From: Marsupella aquatica
Taxonomy: Eukaryota > Plantae > Marchantiophyta
Direction of reading: 5' to 3'
Length of the DNA: 64,000 nt
Assembly: GCA_973895155.1 (NCBI GenBank)
Contig: OZ316896.1
Location: 1,736,001 to 1,800,000, forward strand
Part shown: positions 51,015 to 63,859 of the stretch, one piece after another
Numbering within the stretch: the stretch's first letter is position 1
Layout: each line of letters opens with the position of its first letter
Translations under genes and position numbers: made by a program
The notes under the pieces: generated by a model
The model's input: only the letters and a program-made list of their open reading frames with translations
What the model was told of the DNA's origin: nothing
The model's database searches: none

Positions 51015-54000
51015 TGTACAGATCCTTGGGAAGCACTACTATCGTTCCCGAACCCAGCAGGGATGCAGATTCCCGTAGTGTGCGACTTGGACCCTGGAGA
51101 ATCCGGAGTAACCCTTAAGCACTAGTGTATACTGTGGCGGGTGGAGATAGGTCGTTTTGCAGGAGTTGACTCCTACATCAATGCGGAAAAAGGCGTGGCT
51201 GATACAGTACTAAAGTGTATGAAGCAGTAACACGTTTTGAAAAAACAAATCCTACGTTGTTCAATTCGTGTGGTAGGAATGTGGACTTCCTTTTCTCCCA
51301 ACCAGAGCTGCCACTCTGAAGGGAGGGTCTGGAAGTTGTAATGCAGCTCAATCCACGACAGCGCAGGGCTGAATGCATTTGTATTTACTTCCTTCTCATT
51401 GAGTATCTTCAGTACTCAAGTTTTGGTTTAAATCTTGATTCACCGTGGGAGTAAGGAGACTGATATCTGGTCCCAGGGTTTAGGGCTTTGCCTCAATTTT
51501 ACCATGAGAAATGGAAAGGCGGGGAAGTATATAATTTTGGAGGAGTTTCTTGCATGTGTGGGCAGGGACAGCCATGGCTGATTTTCATTGGGCTTGTACC
51601 ACATCCTCCTCGGGCACCGCCTGCTGGGCTCCTGGCATTTTTGCCAAACAGGCGGCCAGAGACAACTAGCAGGATCTGTGGCGGGAATTACATGGCGGAT
51701 GTTGCCACCTATGGCCGTGTTTGTTCGGTGATTCTCTTCTAGCTTTTCTTTGGCATCGTTAACTGGACTCGAGCTTGTGGCCCTACTGGCGCATAGATAA
51801 TGGGATTGTTTTTTGCTAGGGGCAAAGGCCGTCGTTCCATCACATTTTTGCAAGAACATCAGAAGGACCACGATAAAATCATGAAGGCTGCACTTTCACT
51901 CGTGGTGGAACACTATGTCTAGTAGACCGATTAGTGGGTTGATTTTCTTACTAGTTTTAGTGTGTACCTTCTCGCTGCGATGAATGGGTTCACTTTTGCT
52001 AGAATATAGTCTTGGTTGTAGCACAGGGTGGAATTCATCTTCTCACGAAGTTTTCAAATCGATGTAAACTGTTGCATTCGATCCAGCATGAATTGAGCAT
52101 AGGACTGTTGCATGGACACCAAGGGACTGAAAATTGCATGCAATGCTACTCTTAAACCGCTGTAGGCCTCTACTATAAGAGCGAAATTCATTTTCATCGA
52201 GGACAATAATAGAATACATCTTTACATTGAATGGCGAACGAATAGGGTGTAGACCAGAATTCGATTCGAACACAACAGAATGACCAGCTCATGGGTCAGC
52301 ACAAGAAACTGAATCTGGAATGGACCAAACATTAGAATGCACGTTCGACACACTGGGGACCTGGGGAACAGGAGTTCAAATTAATGGATCCTTTTGCTTG
52401 CCAATGAGCCTGCCAGAGACATCACTGTGGATGGAGGGTTCAGTTTGTTTTCACCAATTGTAACAATGCTGTATAATACTCTATTCCAGTCCCCTCTAAT
52501 CGATTCTTGATCCGTACACCTGAGAAATTGTCGGCCAGACATGCTGGCTCCCGTGGAAAGCAATGAATGATTGACGAAGAATGAGTCAGCTTTGTATCTC
52601 TACAGGAAAGAAAATGTCAGACAAGAAGTCTAGCTTTGTTCTCAACGGGCAGTCAGAGTGGTTAGATGGGTGGCTGCGGGAGAGCTCTGACAAACTCATA
52701 TTCTATGAGGATTTTGGTGGAGTGAGCAGCAAGGTATGAAAATGTGATCAATTGTTATACTCACACCCCCATCGCTCACATCAAGTACGGTAGCTGCTTA
52801 CCAAAGATGATTCAATTTGAGGCAGAGGCATTCTACGCCCCTGCTGCTTTCCAAAGTAGCCCTCTGGGCAGCCTCCCACTTATCACCACCATGTTTTCTA
52901 TCACTTGCGTTGTGTGCCTTCGACTCTGCCTCCCAGTTCTTGCCGGGCTAAAAGAGCCATCTGGGATGTTACTTGTATAGGTAATTAATGGGCCCAAGAG
53001 GGTTACGGGATAATCCCCAAGGGTGGTGTGCACGAGGTTGACCCCATGGCCCCATGGGTTAAAAAGCATAACCCCCAAAGTGTGGTTTTGCTTTACTTTG
53101 ACCTGAAAATTGCACCTGAGTTAGATAACCATCCATTTAAATACAAAAAGAAATTACAAGAGCGGTATACCTTCCAGAAAATCATCCAAAGAGATTTCCT
53201 ATGAACAGCACGATCATCCAAAAAATTCTTATGCTGCCCATTTCTGGGTCAAATACAATAACATAAGAATTAGGTTTGAGAACTTTTCTTTCAGTACTAT
53301 TTCCAGTTGGCGTTTAATTCAGGACCATAGGACATTAGCCGTGAGTACTTTCTTTGCTGGATGCAAAATTTGGCCAAAAATTGCATTGCATTAGCAAGTT
53401 GTGTGGCGGTTGAAAAATAATTACATCTTCAGTGTGTATTGTAGTTTTAATGTGAGATCATAAAATCTACTTTTCTTTGGGTGCCTGCAGCTTTCATGAG
53501 GAGCCAGGGGTTTGGATTGTGTTGGCATTGCTTGTGCCCCTGCTGGTGTTCACCATGGGGGCCCCTAACAAATTTGGCACACCTTTGCCTTAAACTGGTT
53601 TTTTCTTACTGTGAATTTGTTGTGTGGTTGATTTGTTTGCTCGTCTTAACAACCTTCCCTATTAAACCTACTAGCCAAATGCCTTTGCTTTGCACAAAAA
53701 GGCCAGTATGTGGCAAAGAAGTGCAAAGAGGGGCAACATTGGGAGGGAGAAGGTTGCAGCCTATGGGGCTGACAGAGGATGGTTCCATGCCGTGAGGCAG
53801 ACCACAAGATGGTTTGCAAGCAGAGAGGTGCACAGCCCAAGGTTGAGGAGGGCTTATAAGAGCAGACACAAGGGTGAGGGAAAAACAGGCTCTCGTCCAA
53901 CTGCCAGGATTGGTTCCCACCCAGCATGCAATTTGTAAGCACATTATAGAGCAGAGTGGGTGGGTCACTGCAAAAAATTTCCTCACATGACCCTTAATTT

Positions 54001-54459
54001 TTCTATCTCCAACTGCCTTGTTAACAAGAACCTGGTTGACTACATACATTTTTGTGACTCATCTTTTTGCCAGCGAACTCACTAGCCATCTGAAGTCATC
54101 GAAAACACAAAAAAATGTAAAAGGGAGCAAAAGAAATTTAAAACCACTAGTGTTTCGCTAACAACACAACACCCTCCTGGCTAACAAAATTGTTTGCTTG
54201 CATAACAACAATACCTCAGAGTGGGTGGGATTGCTTATTTTAATTATATTGTTTAAGTGTGTAGATTGGCGTGTTATAGTGGTTGAACTTCTGATAAGTA
54301 GCCTTTTGATGACTCTAGTCTCTTTCGTACTAATAAGGTGCGAAAGAGACGCCCGGTGTACATTGGACGGTCCATTTGACCCGTGCGCCTTTTGCATGCA
54401 CAAGACTGTGATACCCTCTTATTGAACGAGGGAATGATTCAGAGGAACTTCAGTGAACT

Positions 54460-54585
54460 TGTAGAATTCGGGACTGAAGCGGAAGAATTGTGAATTCCTG
54501 AAAGGCAGGCGCTCATCACTGAGGTCGTAGATTTCGGGATTGAAGCAGAAGAATTGGGAATTCCTGAAAGGCAGGCGCTCGTCAC
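54460..54585. repeat. 66-bp tandem duplication in a decayed coding-like segment
   Basis: GTAGA.TTCGGGA.TGAAGC.GAAGAATTG.GAATTCCTGAAAGGCAGGCGCTC x2. Confidence 0.8.
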
Positions 54586-55723
54586 CAAAGCTGTGCTACG
54601 AGGAAATGTCTGCGCTACGGAGATGGAGAGGTACTGTAGTCTGCCAAAAGAATTGGCAGTGTTCAGACGAAGACGAGATGCTTGAACTGCTACAAGACGA
54701 AGAGACGTGGGCAACAATTCTGTGGAGGGAGCGTGATATGGTGACGTCATTGAGCGCAGAGGAATGTGAGGGGAATTAGAGATTGGCACGCGATTGAAAG
54801 GGAAACGGAGGGAACCCTTATTAGAACGTTGAAGGAAAGGAGCGACGAAGGAATGAGAGAATCGCGTCAATTACTAGTGGGTCTTAATACTAGTAAAAGC
54901 TATGGAGATGACGCGGCCCCGAGAGTGGTGGATGAATTTGTATTTTGACCATTTGGTGAATCAATGAGTTTGGTTTACGCAAGGCTTGAGGCAAGGGTTT
55001 AACATTCGGATCGTTTGGGCCCTTTTTAGGATTTCGGTGTGTTTTCCATCGTTTTAGTGACAAATATTTACGCTCACTGTGGGGACCGAATTGTCGGAGG
55101 AGAGGAGAGTGTGAAAGGGTCTGACTGATTCCTGGAGATAGAGGAGTATCGAAAGGTCAACACTGCCTCAAGAGCATGACGCAGAGATAGATGAGCGATT
55201 TGAGATAATTTGCCATCGAGGAGTTCACATCTCTCACATTTCTAGTTTGCGAGAGAGTCTTCCTGTATGCTTGGGATGAATGAGTAGAAGTAGCTGCAGA
55301 TTTGGCAGAGGTTTTCGTCGCGAACAGTTCAGGTCTCATTTTATTCGTTTCGAGTGAGTGTGGTAACTAAAGGCCGAATCAACTTCGGGCTCTCAAGTGC
55401 GCAATATAGCTTATGCCGGCGTTTCCCCCGGGTTTCTAATTGACAAAGTTCAATTGAAACTGGTCTTCCGAATTCAGACATAAGCAGTTCATCCATCTCG
55501 AGACACAGAAAATCTGGCGAGACAAACGAATCAGCATATCCCTCTTATGATGGAAGGCCGGCCAGTTGACTACCTTTGACACAGGAAATAATTATATGTA
55601 TTTGAATAGGAGAATGACATAATGTCAGCAAGACGCTCGGCTAGAATTCCTGCTGATTTTTCTTCCAGCACACCTGCTCGACCTTTGTAACGCTCTGAAG
55701 ACTGGATCGTCCCGACCAGCTGA

Positions 55724-55844
55724 TGAGTTCTTGACTGACGATTTGATCAATCTCGGCGGCACAATCACAATCTGCTCTGTGCTGAGTTCTTGCCTGACGA
55801 TTTGATCAATCTCGGCGGCACAAGCACAATCTGCTCTGTGCTGA
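55724..55844. repeat. 59-bp tandem duplication just upstream of the 457-aa ORF
   Basis: TGAGTTCTTGMCTGACGATTTGATCAATCTCGGCGGCACAAKCACAATCTGCTCTGTGC x2, 2 mismatches. Confidence 0.95.
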
Positions 55845-55863
55845 AGGGAGCGACTGGAAAACG

Positions 55864-57237
55864 ATGGTGGGGTGGCTTGGCGCTGCCGCCTTAGCGGGCA
55901 TAGGAGGTCTTCTATCTCAGAGAAAACAATGGAAGCGGGTTCCTTACTTGGGAGCTATCGCAGCGGTTGCAGTGTTCGTCAAATGGAGGTTCTCTCAAAA
56001 TTGGATCGATAACGATGAAGAGAAAGAACCGGATGTTGCATCAACAGATGCCGTGGAGATGGCAGACAAGAAGCTTGACCGTGCTCTTGAGCCAGGGGTA
56101 CCAGATGAAGAATCAGAACTATGCACACCAGGAAGCCCGGAAATGATGTTGGATCTTGGAGAGCTGCCAGATTGCGGTGATTTCCTTCTCGAGGAGAAAC
56201 GAAATATCGGCGTGCCAAATGGGATAGTGCTAGTAAACCGGGTAGAGTTACATCCGCTTGACGTCCAATACGATGCAGCAGGTATTAAATTAAACGAGCG
56301 TGTCAATACACCGAATTATAAAGACGTGACAGAGGATTCTCTGCTGTCTGGTTCCGACAGCATCAAGCATGAGAGACCCCTAATTGAGTCATGGATCCTG
56401 TCAGTGGAAGCTGAAAAAAGGCAAGGAGCAATTGCCGCTTCTCGTGACTTTTCACATCCAAATCCAGCGGAGGAATGGGACTTCCATGATGCTGATGCTG
56501 GAGTGCAGGTTGTGGAGGATGTGAAAAACCTCGCTCAAGTTGCTGAGTCGGTTTTATTTTCTACTGTCCTTGATCCACAGGTTGATAAGATTGTTGATGC
56601 CATCACCGAGTCACGCGCTGATGCAGACTGTGTGATATCTCACCACTTCTCACCGTTGTCCGTCAAAACCTGTAAACCGAACTGGGGCTTTAAGGCGGAT
56701 TGCTCCAATTCACCTATTGCCGGGGAGCAGAAAGTCTGTGAGGAAACAACCAAGTCTCCTGCCAATACTGGTGCAGGAAAGAATTTGGACGACGAGATCA
56801 ATTTGCCACAGCAGGAGGGTCATCGTACAGATGAAGATGGGGAGTGCCACACTCCACGGTGCACGTCTAATGTCTTTCAATTGGATCCAACAGATTTAGC
56901 ATTTTCAACAGGAGGTTCTGAAGAGTGGAGACCAGTCGCTGATGATGTTTCGAGTCCACAAGCTATGGAACAGGCTCCACCAGTCAGGGAGCCTTGCTGT
57001 GTAGAGACTGACGACGAGCATATCGTTCAATCTCCTAGTACGGTACAAAGTTTGTGCGTAGATAAGGGAGTGGGAGAAGAGCTTAGCAACTCGGCTCGAC
57101 GCGAGTATGCTGAACGGCTGCGTTCGTATGATGACTATCTCGCCGACCCCGAACTTTCGCCAACACTGAGATCTCAGGTGTTGAGAGCGAGGAGTAGCGT
57201 AGCGATGTACTTCGACGAATCGGATGATGATCAATGA
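55864..57237 (+). CDS. Hypothetical acidic protein with N-terminal hydrophobic segments, 457 aa
   Basis: Long uninterrupted ORF, ATG in ACGATGG context, two short hydrophobic stretches in the first 45 aa, D/E/S/P-rich remainder. Confidence 0.75.
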   Translation: MVGWLGAAALAGIGGLLSQRKQWKRVPYLGAIAAVAVFVKWRFSQNWIDNDEEKEPDVASTDAVEMADKKLDRALEPGVPDEESELCTPGSPEMMLDLGELPDCGDFLLEEKRNIGVPNGIVLVNRVELHPLDVQYDAAGIKLNERVNTPNYKDVTEDSLLSGSDSIKHERPLIESWILSVEAEKRQGAIAASRDFSHPNPAEEWDFHDADAGVQVVEDVKNLAQVAESVLFSTVLDPQVDKIVDAITESRADADCVISHHFSPLSVKTCKPNWGFKADCSNSPIAGEQKVCEETTKSPANTGAGKNLDDEINLPQQEGHRTDEDGECHTPRCTSNVFQLDPTDLAFSTGGSEEWRPVADDVSSPQAMEQAPPVREPCCVETDDEHIVQSPSTVQSLCVDKGVGEELSNSARREYAERLRSYDDYLADPELSPTLRSQVLRARSSVAMYFDESDDDQ

Positions 57238-60200
57238 AGGCTCTGGAGAAGCAATTCAGGAAATGGGAGGAGAGGACTCCGCAATCAAATTGCGTACGAT
57301 AGAGAGTCCTCGATGGGCGGAGTAGTCACTCCATGTTGTCAATTATATTGTTGGCTTCAATGATTTTTCTCATGGGTATCGTGCATAGGGGAAAGCAGTC
57401 CGTGCACTGGATTGCAACTGATAGTCAAGGACCTAGTCAGGGACTGTCCCCATTGCCGAATTTGTAAATAGATTTTGATCGAGATGTTCAGGACAAAATC
57501 GTTCAGCCTGGGCTGAGGCCTTTAGCGATTTGATCGCTGAAGCTGTTATTAGTTGTTGAGGCAAATTATAGGTAGAGTATGTTTCTCTAGACCAATTTTG
57601 TTGCTAGAAATTAGAACTGCGGTTGAGATGTTTATTATTGGAGCTTTTAACTAGCTTCTGAGTCGAATGAAGGTGAACTTCTTTCCCCAGTCCAGTTTGT
57701 TGCTGGTATGAAGTGGAGCTAAGATGCAATGAAGATAAGTGAAGCTCCAATTGTCTTCTGTCGTGGGTTTATTATATGAGCTTCTAATTAGAGTCTGAGG
57801 CATATTGAAGGTAAACTTCGTCTCCAGTCCAATTTTCGCTGGTATCAAGTGGAGCTCAGATGCCATGATTCAAGATAAGTGCAGCTTGTAGAGCTTCTCT
57901 TCCCCACCATCTGTTAAATTTCTGCCTCAGATTTCATCCCATTCCACGTACATGTGTTTTAAGTAATCGATGTCTCGTTGATTTAGAGTCCTAGGCTCCA
58001 AATTGTGTGTGATTAGGGCGAAGTGTGTCAACCAGTTCTTGAAAATTGTTAACTGAGAACAGACATGAATGTGAAAAGTCTCTAGGCTACCTTCGGCCGT
58101 TGCCGTCGTGGGTACATAGGTAAAAATTGATCCTCGTCTAGCAAGATTTGTTATATACCATTTCTACAGAAGAGCCGGCACTGCTGTAGATTCTCACCAC
58201 GTAGATGTTGCATTCATTTGTGCTAGCTCGATGCAATATTGGCATACTACAGAAATGACCATAGGACGCCCCAGTCAGCCAGATTAGTTTTTAAGTCGTC
58301 ACATGTCAGGCTGCTGTTGATGTGCTGAAGTGGCGTGTACTCGAGATGACCAATGGCACGTAGAAGAAGACTCGTCAGTGAGAATTGAATCATTGCCTGT
58401 TTCCGTGGATAAATGGCCAAGCAATACCTCGACAAAGCGGATAAGTAGAAAGCCTGACAATGCATGCTCTGTTTGAGGATTTCTACTGCCTATATCCCAA
58501 GAAGAGACATCTCCTCGAGGCACTTTTCCCAAATGTACTAGAGGCGTGGTGACCGAAGTGATTTTGGATAAGGTAAACGGTACAGCACCTCGTCTTGATC
58601 TGGAGATCTCCCCCCTGGCTCGTTCCGAAGAGCGTATGAAGGAGCATGCAGGACTCCTTTACGAGGCCCTATGTCCTGCAGGCACATGGGTCGACCCCAA
58701 AAGCATGACACATTAAGAGTCACAATCCGAATTCAGTTGCAACACCCAAATACAAGTAACAGTACAATGCAAGCAGTCAACAATGGACTTTTGCCAGAGA
58801 GAACTAGAACCGATACAGATCCGTCAAGGTGACTGTGCAATCAGAGCGATAGGGTTGCCGCCACCGTAGGAGTGTCCCTGAAACGGACCACGGTTTAAGT
58901 ATCTATCAGTGACGTTCTTCCTTTCATTCGAGGAAGCCACCATCCGGTACAGTAGTTCATCGATCATGTGGCCCTGGAGAAACCCAAAACGCACCTCAGC
59001 GGAGTCCACTTCACAACGTACTTATATCTACAGTAGTAATGCTTTCGAGGTACGATACCCGCTCTTGTATGTCCTGTAGCTCCATACCCGATGCTTGTGC
59101 AGAGCCCTAACTGCAGTTGCTATTGTGTTGTGCTGAGGGTAACGTATGTGCACAAAGATGCAGTCACAAGGCTGTGTTTTGGAGGAACCCATGCTAGAGG
59201 GTAACGTCTACGCAAAAAGAAACAGCCAGAGGTGCACAAAGAAACAGTCAGAAGGGCCAGATGCGGATACGAGTTCAACCACATATCTTTCAGGGTTGGA
59301 ATTGGGTAAGCAGGTCCGCGTCAGAAACCCTATTCAATCTTGTGGCATGCAAACCCATGAAGCGCCTACTGTCATGAAATCTAAACTTGGAAACCCAGGT
59401 TTGAAGGAATATGAAGGAGTGTGCAAGGCTCTGCATACGTTCTCGCTTCTCCCAAATGAGATTGGAAGGTAATTATAATGAAACTATAGGAAATTGAGAC
59501 CACGTTTTACCTGGGAGGAAAATCTGACTGACTTTGGAATCCACATTTCGCAGATGACGACCATAGTGGCTTTCGATGGTTATCATTCGAGTATTTGCAT
59601 ATATAGCTGGAGTTTCACTCTGCCTCCTCTTTCTGTAAATAAATTCCACCCTCTTGACGACTAAGATTGAGAAGCCAAGTCATTACGAGATTATGCAATG
59701 AAATAATGAGCGAACGAATTTTGACTCCAAACAAAGAGAAATAGGAAGGAAGTTTCGAAATCGATTTTGTATCACATATGCTCTGCATTTTATGTCTTGA
59801 AAAACCTTACTTTTTTATGTTGATTTTGACAGATTGCACGAAATGCAAGACTATCGAATTCAAGATTTTTTCTGTCAAGAAAGTAACTCGGACATAGCAT
59901 CCAAGGCTAAAAGACACTGCACATCAATCCGAGGTCCTGCAATTGAATATTTACGATCTTGCACGGTAAAATTTACAGTTCTAGCAATAGCGACTCTATC
60001 GAGGGACAAATCAGATCATCATGGCGTCATTGACGGTGAGTCATCTATCAAAACTAGGCCTCGCGAGATACATTTCGCGCAGAAATTTACTTAACGATGG
60101 TGCGCGCAGTAATCTCAATATTGTACAAAATCGGGAATTGAGGGACACGGTTGTTGCACTTCCTTCAGACCTTGGCTTACAGGACGGGAAATTGAGAATG

Positions 60201-60257
60201 GTGACTGTTATCGATCCTATGTATGTAACATTTTTCTCTCTAACTTTTGGATTTGCA

Positions 60258-60833
60258 TTACCTACACTTCGCAGAGGTAGCCTGGGTCACGAAACCGGAG
60301 GACTGCCTTGCCCAAATCATCGCAGGGCAGCGCTCCTGATCTATTCTGGTACACACAAACGGAGGGAAATCCCGTGGTGAATAGTGATCTGCAGGTCCTT
60401 GGATCTCTCGTTTCTCTACAGCACCGAGCTTGACAGACAGGTTTAAAACGCCTTTCGCTAACCCCGACGGTCGGCACACCTCAAACGACATGAAGGCAGG
60501 AGTCTCTATGTTGCATCGAGGGTCTTTGGCAAGGTCGCGAAGAGGAATGATAACAGTGCCAACCAGCTTCTCACTTGAGTGTACGTGGCTGTAGATCTCC
60601 ATCGTGAGATAGGAACCATGGCGCTGCATAAGGCGCTCGTTGCACTTCAAATTGAGCTTAAAATTCCAAGCGGGACTGAGACCTCCTACGAAATCCACCT
60701 CCGACCTGTATCTCTGGTCGGGATAAATGTACGCCACGACGTAAGAAGTCTGGTGTCCAAGCGTCTTCACCTTCCTCAAGTGCATGGCCGAAATGACATT
60801 TAGCTCCAACGTCCTCTCTACCACGGTGGCCAT
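60258..60833 (-). CDS. C2-domain protein, SRC2/BAP-like, 191 aa
   Basis: TLELNVISA..L..V, VD..GG.SPAWN, LTMEIY, LVGTVIIPLRDL and RPSG..KGVLNLSVKLG are typical of plant C2_SRC2-like proteins; a possible GTAATG donor overlaps the stop. Confidence 0.88.
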   Translation of the reverse strand: MATVVERTLELNVISAMHLRKVKTLGHQTSYVVAYIYPDQRYRSEVDFVGGLSPAWNFKLNLKCNERLMQRHGSYLTMEIYSHVHSSEKLVGTVIIPLRDLAKDPRCNIETPAFMSFEVCRPSGLAKGVLNLSVKLGAVEKREIQGPADHYSPRDFPPFVCTRIDQERCPAMIWARQSSGFVTQATSAKCR

Positions 60834-62149
60834 CTACTGTAGCTTTGCTCGGGGTCCGTGAGAGTCTCCCCCTGCTCCTACCGTAACTCTCCCCAACCTT
60901 CACAAAGCATCCAACACATGCACTCGGAAAAGCGGTGTCTTGTATCATTCCTCAGGGAATGGATAATTTTCACGCATCTCAGCTCAGATCGAGGAAAGAG
61001 TGACCAAGATGCGCTTCACTACGACGCTAAATAAGTAATACGACGGTATGTGCCAAAAATGAACACGCACATATCGTCTAGATAGGCCGAAATGTTTTTG
61101 CGTGCTCGGCCGACCATGAGACAAAAAGGTCGCATCCTGCAGACGACAGTGGTCACTATTCGTGAATCTTAAGACTGTCTGAGAATCGCAAAGCCACCGC
61201 AAGTTCTGCAAATAATCTCTAACAAAGGCCCCTTTCTGCCCCTTTCTGCAAGAAACTCTCTAACTTGATCTCTGTCTGGATTTGATCGACGACCGATCTC
61301 TGATGTAGCAGGATTGAAGGTACCAAATGTTCTCACAAAGTTTCCAATAATGCTAGCGGGTCCACATGATTGCTCCAAGATCTGAGACAAACACTCAGGT
61401 CTCTCGTCAAGAGTACCCGGCAGTTATGCCGGCTCACCACTGACCGAGAAAGACTCAAAGAAACTCCCAAGAAAAACGCATTAACCCAGCAGGAGACGGC
61501 AGTGCTCGTCTCCCCTTAATGCATGTACAGTAGCCCACATCAAGCAATCATACGACGCGTCTCTCTATTAAGAACAATGCAGGAATACCTTGGAACACAC
61601 TCCCTTAACCGAACGCAAAGCTTTCAGTCGTACACACTGGAAGGTGTAAAATAATCTCCATCCGTTTCGTTGCAATCAAGATGTCTTTGCGGCCATGTTC
61701 ATATTAATGGACATAATCCCTGAGTATCCGCGGCCGTCGGCGAGAGACGCCCAACATCAATTCAAGGAACGAAAAGAAGGACGCGGGTACAATTCATTTT
61801 TTCGCCGAGGCTGCTGACAACTGATTTGCATTCTCATTTCTCTCACTGTCTCACATGCATCAGACTCATCTCCTTTTACTGTCTACACGTTTTTCAAAAT
61901 CAGACACCCCGCACGCGATCTCTTACACACGTTATGATCACCGCGTTTGTCGTACGAAGTCCAATCCTTCATAGGTGAGGGATATAACCTCAGTACAGTC
62001 GGCTCGTTTTAGTGCACACTCCGTAAGTGAAAATCCTGGCCAATAGCTTGTATTTTGATAGCTTTCCCTGTGGGATGGTGGGGTCTTTTGTTTTGTGTTG
62101 AGAGGTAGCCTCACCCGCCATTTCCAGTCTTCATTTATTTATTTTGGCA

Positions 62150-63859
62150 CTAGCTCAATACCCATGCGTTGCACAAAAGAAGTCATGTCGGCCAAGATGT
62201 CGTTGAGAAAAAAGATGTCGTGTCGGCCAAGAGGTCATTGAGAGAAAAGATGTCGTGTCGGCCAAGAGGTCGTGGAGAGAAAAGATGTTGTGTTGGCCAA
62301 GAGGTCGTGGAGAGAAAAGATGTAGTGTCGGCCAAGAGGTCGTGGAGAGAAAAGATGTTGTGTTGGCCAAGAGGTCGTGGAGAGAAAAGATGTAGTGTCG
62401 GCCAAGAGGTCGTGGAGAGAAAAGATGTTGTGTCGGCCAAGAGGTCGCTGAGAAAAAATATGTCATCTTGGCCAAGAAGTCGTTGAGAAAAAAGATGTCA
62501 TGTCGGCCAAGATGTCGTGTCGACCAAGACATCATTGAGGGAAAATACCCGTGCATTGCACAAAAGATATCCTTCAAGTCATTTTGCCAAAGAAGTCATT
62601 TTGCCAAAGATGTCATTATGTGAAAGATGTTGATAAGAAAAATATGTCATTTTGCCAAAGATATTGTGAAGTAAAAGATATTATAAAGAAAAAAAAGGTG
62701 TCGTTTCATCCAAGTTGTTATTATGTGAAAGATGTTATGAAGTAAAAAGTCAATGAGAGAAGGAGCAAGTTTTTTTCTATGTTTGTTTTTTACCCAAAAT
62801 GCCCTTGCATTTGAATGGCGACCACTCTATACATTGGCGCAATGTTATATTATCGGTTTCAGGTTTAAGGTTTTAGGTTTAGCAAAGATGACCATTCTAT
62901 CGCTATCTTTTCAATCCCCGTGCATTGCATAAAAGATGTTGTTTGGTTAAAGATGTTGTTGAGAAATAGCTCATGGTGCAAAAGATATCGTTGAATAAAA
63001 AATTGCACAAAACTTTTTGTTGAGTGAAAGATATCATTGTGCAAATACTGGCTACGGCACCCACAAAAGTTCCCTTTTTCCTTTTTCTCCTTGCACAAAA
63101 AATTCTTTGAATAAAAGATGTCATTGCACAAACCACTGGCTATGACAACCACAAAAGTATAACAAAATGAGAGGTGTTTTTCCCCCTTTTTAATCTTTTT
63201 CCTCTTATGTTCCTTTTAAACCTTAACCTCCCCCTTTTCTCCATTTCACCATCACTCCACTCGCTCGCCGCCCCCTCCCTCCCCACCAGTGCGCGACTGG
63301 AGCCCTTCGAGGGGCTGCCCTACATTGCCAGTGCCCCTCGCCCGACACCTTGCCATCAACGCCCGTGTCATGAGTTTCACTATGTCTTTGGGCCTTATTA
63401 CTTTTGTTTTTCGGCATTGAAAATGATAGTGCAAATGACTCTAAAAATCAACACAAATATTGGGAGAAACAATTTTTTATTGATCAAGTGACTAAAATGT
63501 TATTAGCAATTAAACTCCTCTTAACACTATTATACAAAACTATGTTACACATAATATTGAATGTGTAGAATACTTTAAGTATGTACAATACGGATCATGG
63601 AGACCTGGAGGGAGTATCCTCCTTGATCCTCGTGCATTGATTCTCGTGCATTAATTAAAGTCTTTCACTTTTTTGGGGTGTCTCGTGTGATTATTTGGCT
63701 TGTCTTGGACAATGGTGTAACTTTTTGTGTCACACTAAACTCAATTCACACTTTGATTTTATTATTTACATTTGATCACATTTTTTTAATTTTTATGCCC
63801 TGCAAATTTGAACTACGACCACTCTAAAAAGTGGCGCAACCTTGTATTATAGTTTAGGA
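62150..63859 (-). mobile_element. Non-autonomous composite Helitron
   Basis: Minus strand A|TCCTAAACTATAATA ... GTGCAACGCATGGGTATTGAGCTAG|T: 5' TC, 3' hairpin-like motif plus CTAG, inserted in an AT dinucleotide with no TSD. Confidence 0.75.
62186..62530. repeat. 35-bp minisatellite (~10 copies) inside the Helitron
   Basis: TGTYGGCCAAGAGGTCGTGGAGAGAAAAGATGTWG at 35-bp period (62221, 62256, 62291...). Confidence 0.95.

Noticed and set aside
58240-59030. Coding-like minus-strand fragments (also 51490-51920 and 54430-54800)
   Set aside because: Short and interrupted, with no family recognised; may be pseudogene debris but cannot be supported without a search.
62186-62530. 35-bp repeat as a CRISPR array or repeat-protein gene
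   Set aside because: Units are contiguous with no unique spacers, the context is eukaryotic with no cas genes, and the ORFs on both strands are by-products of the repeat.
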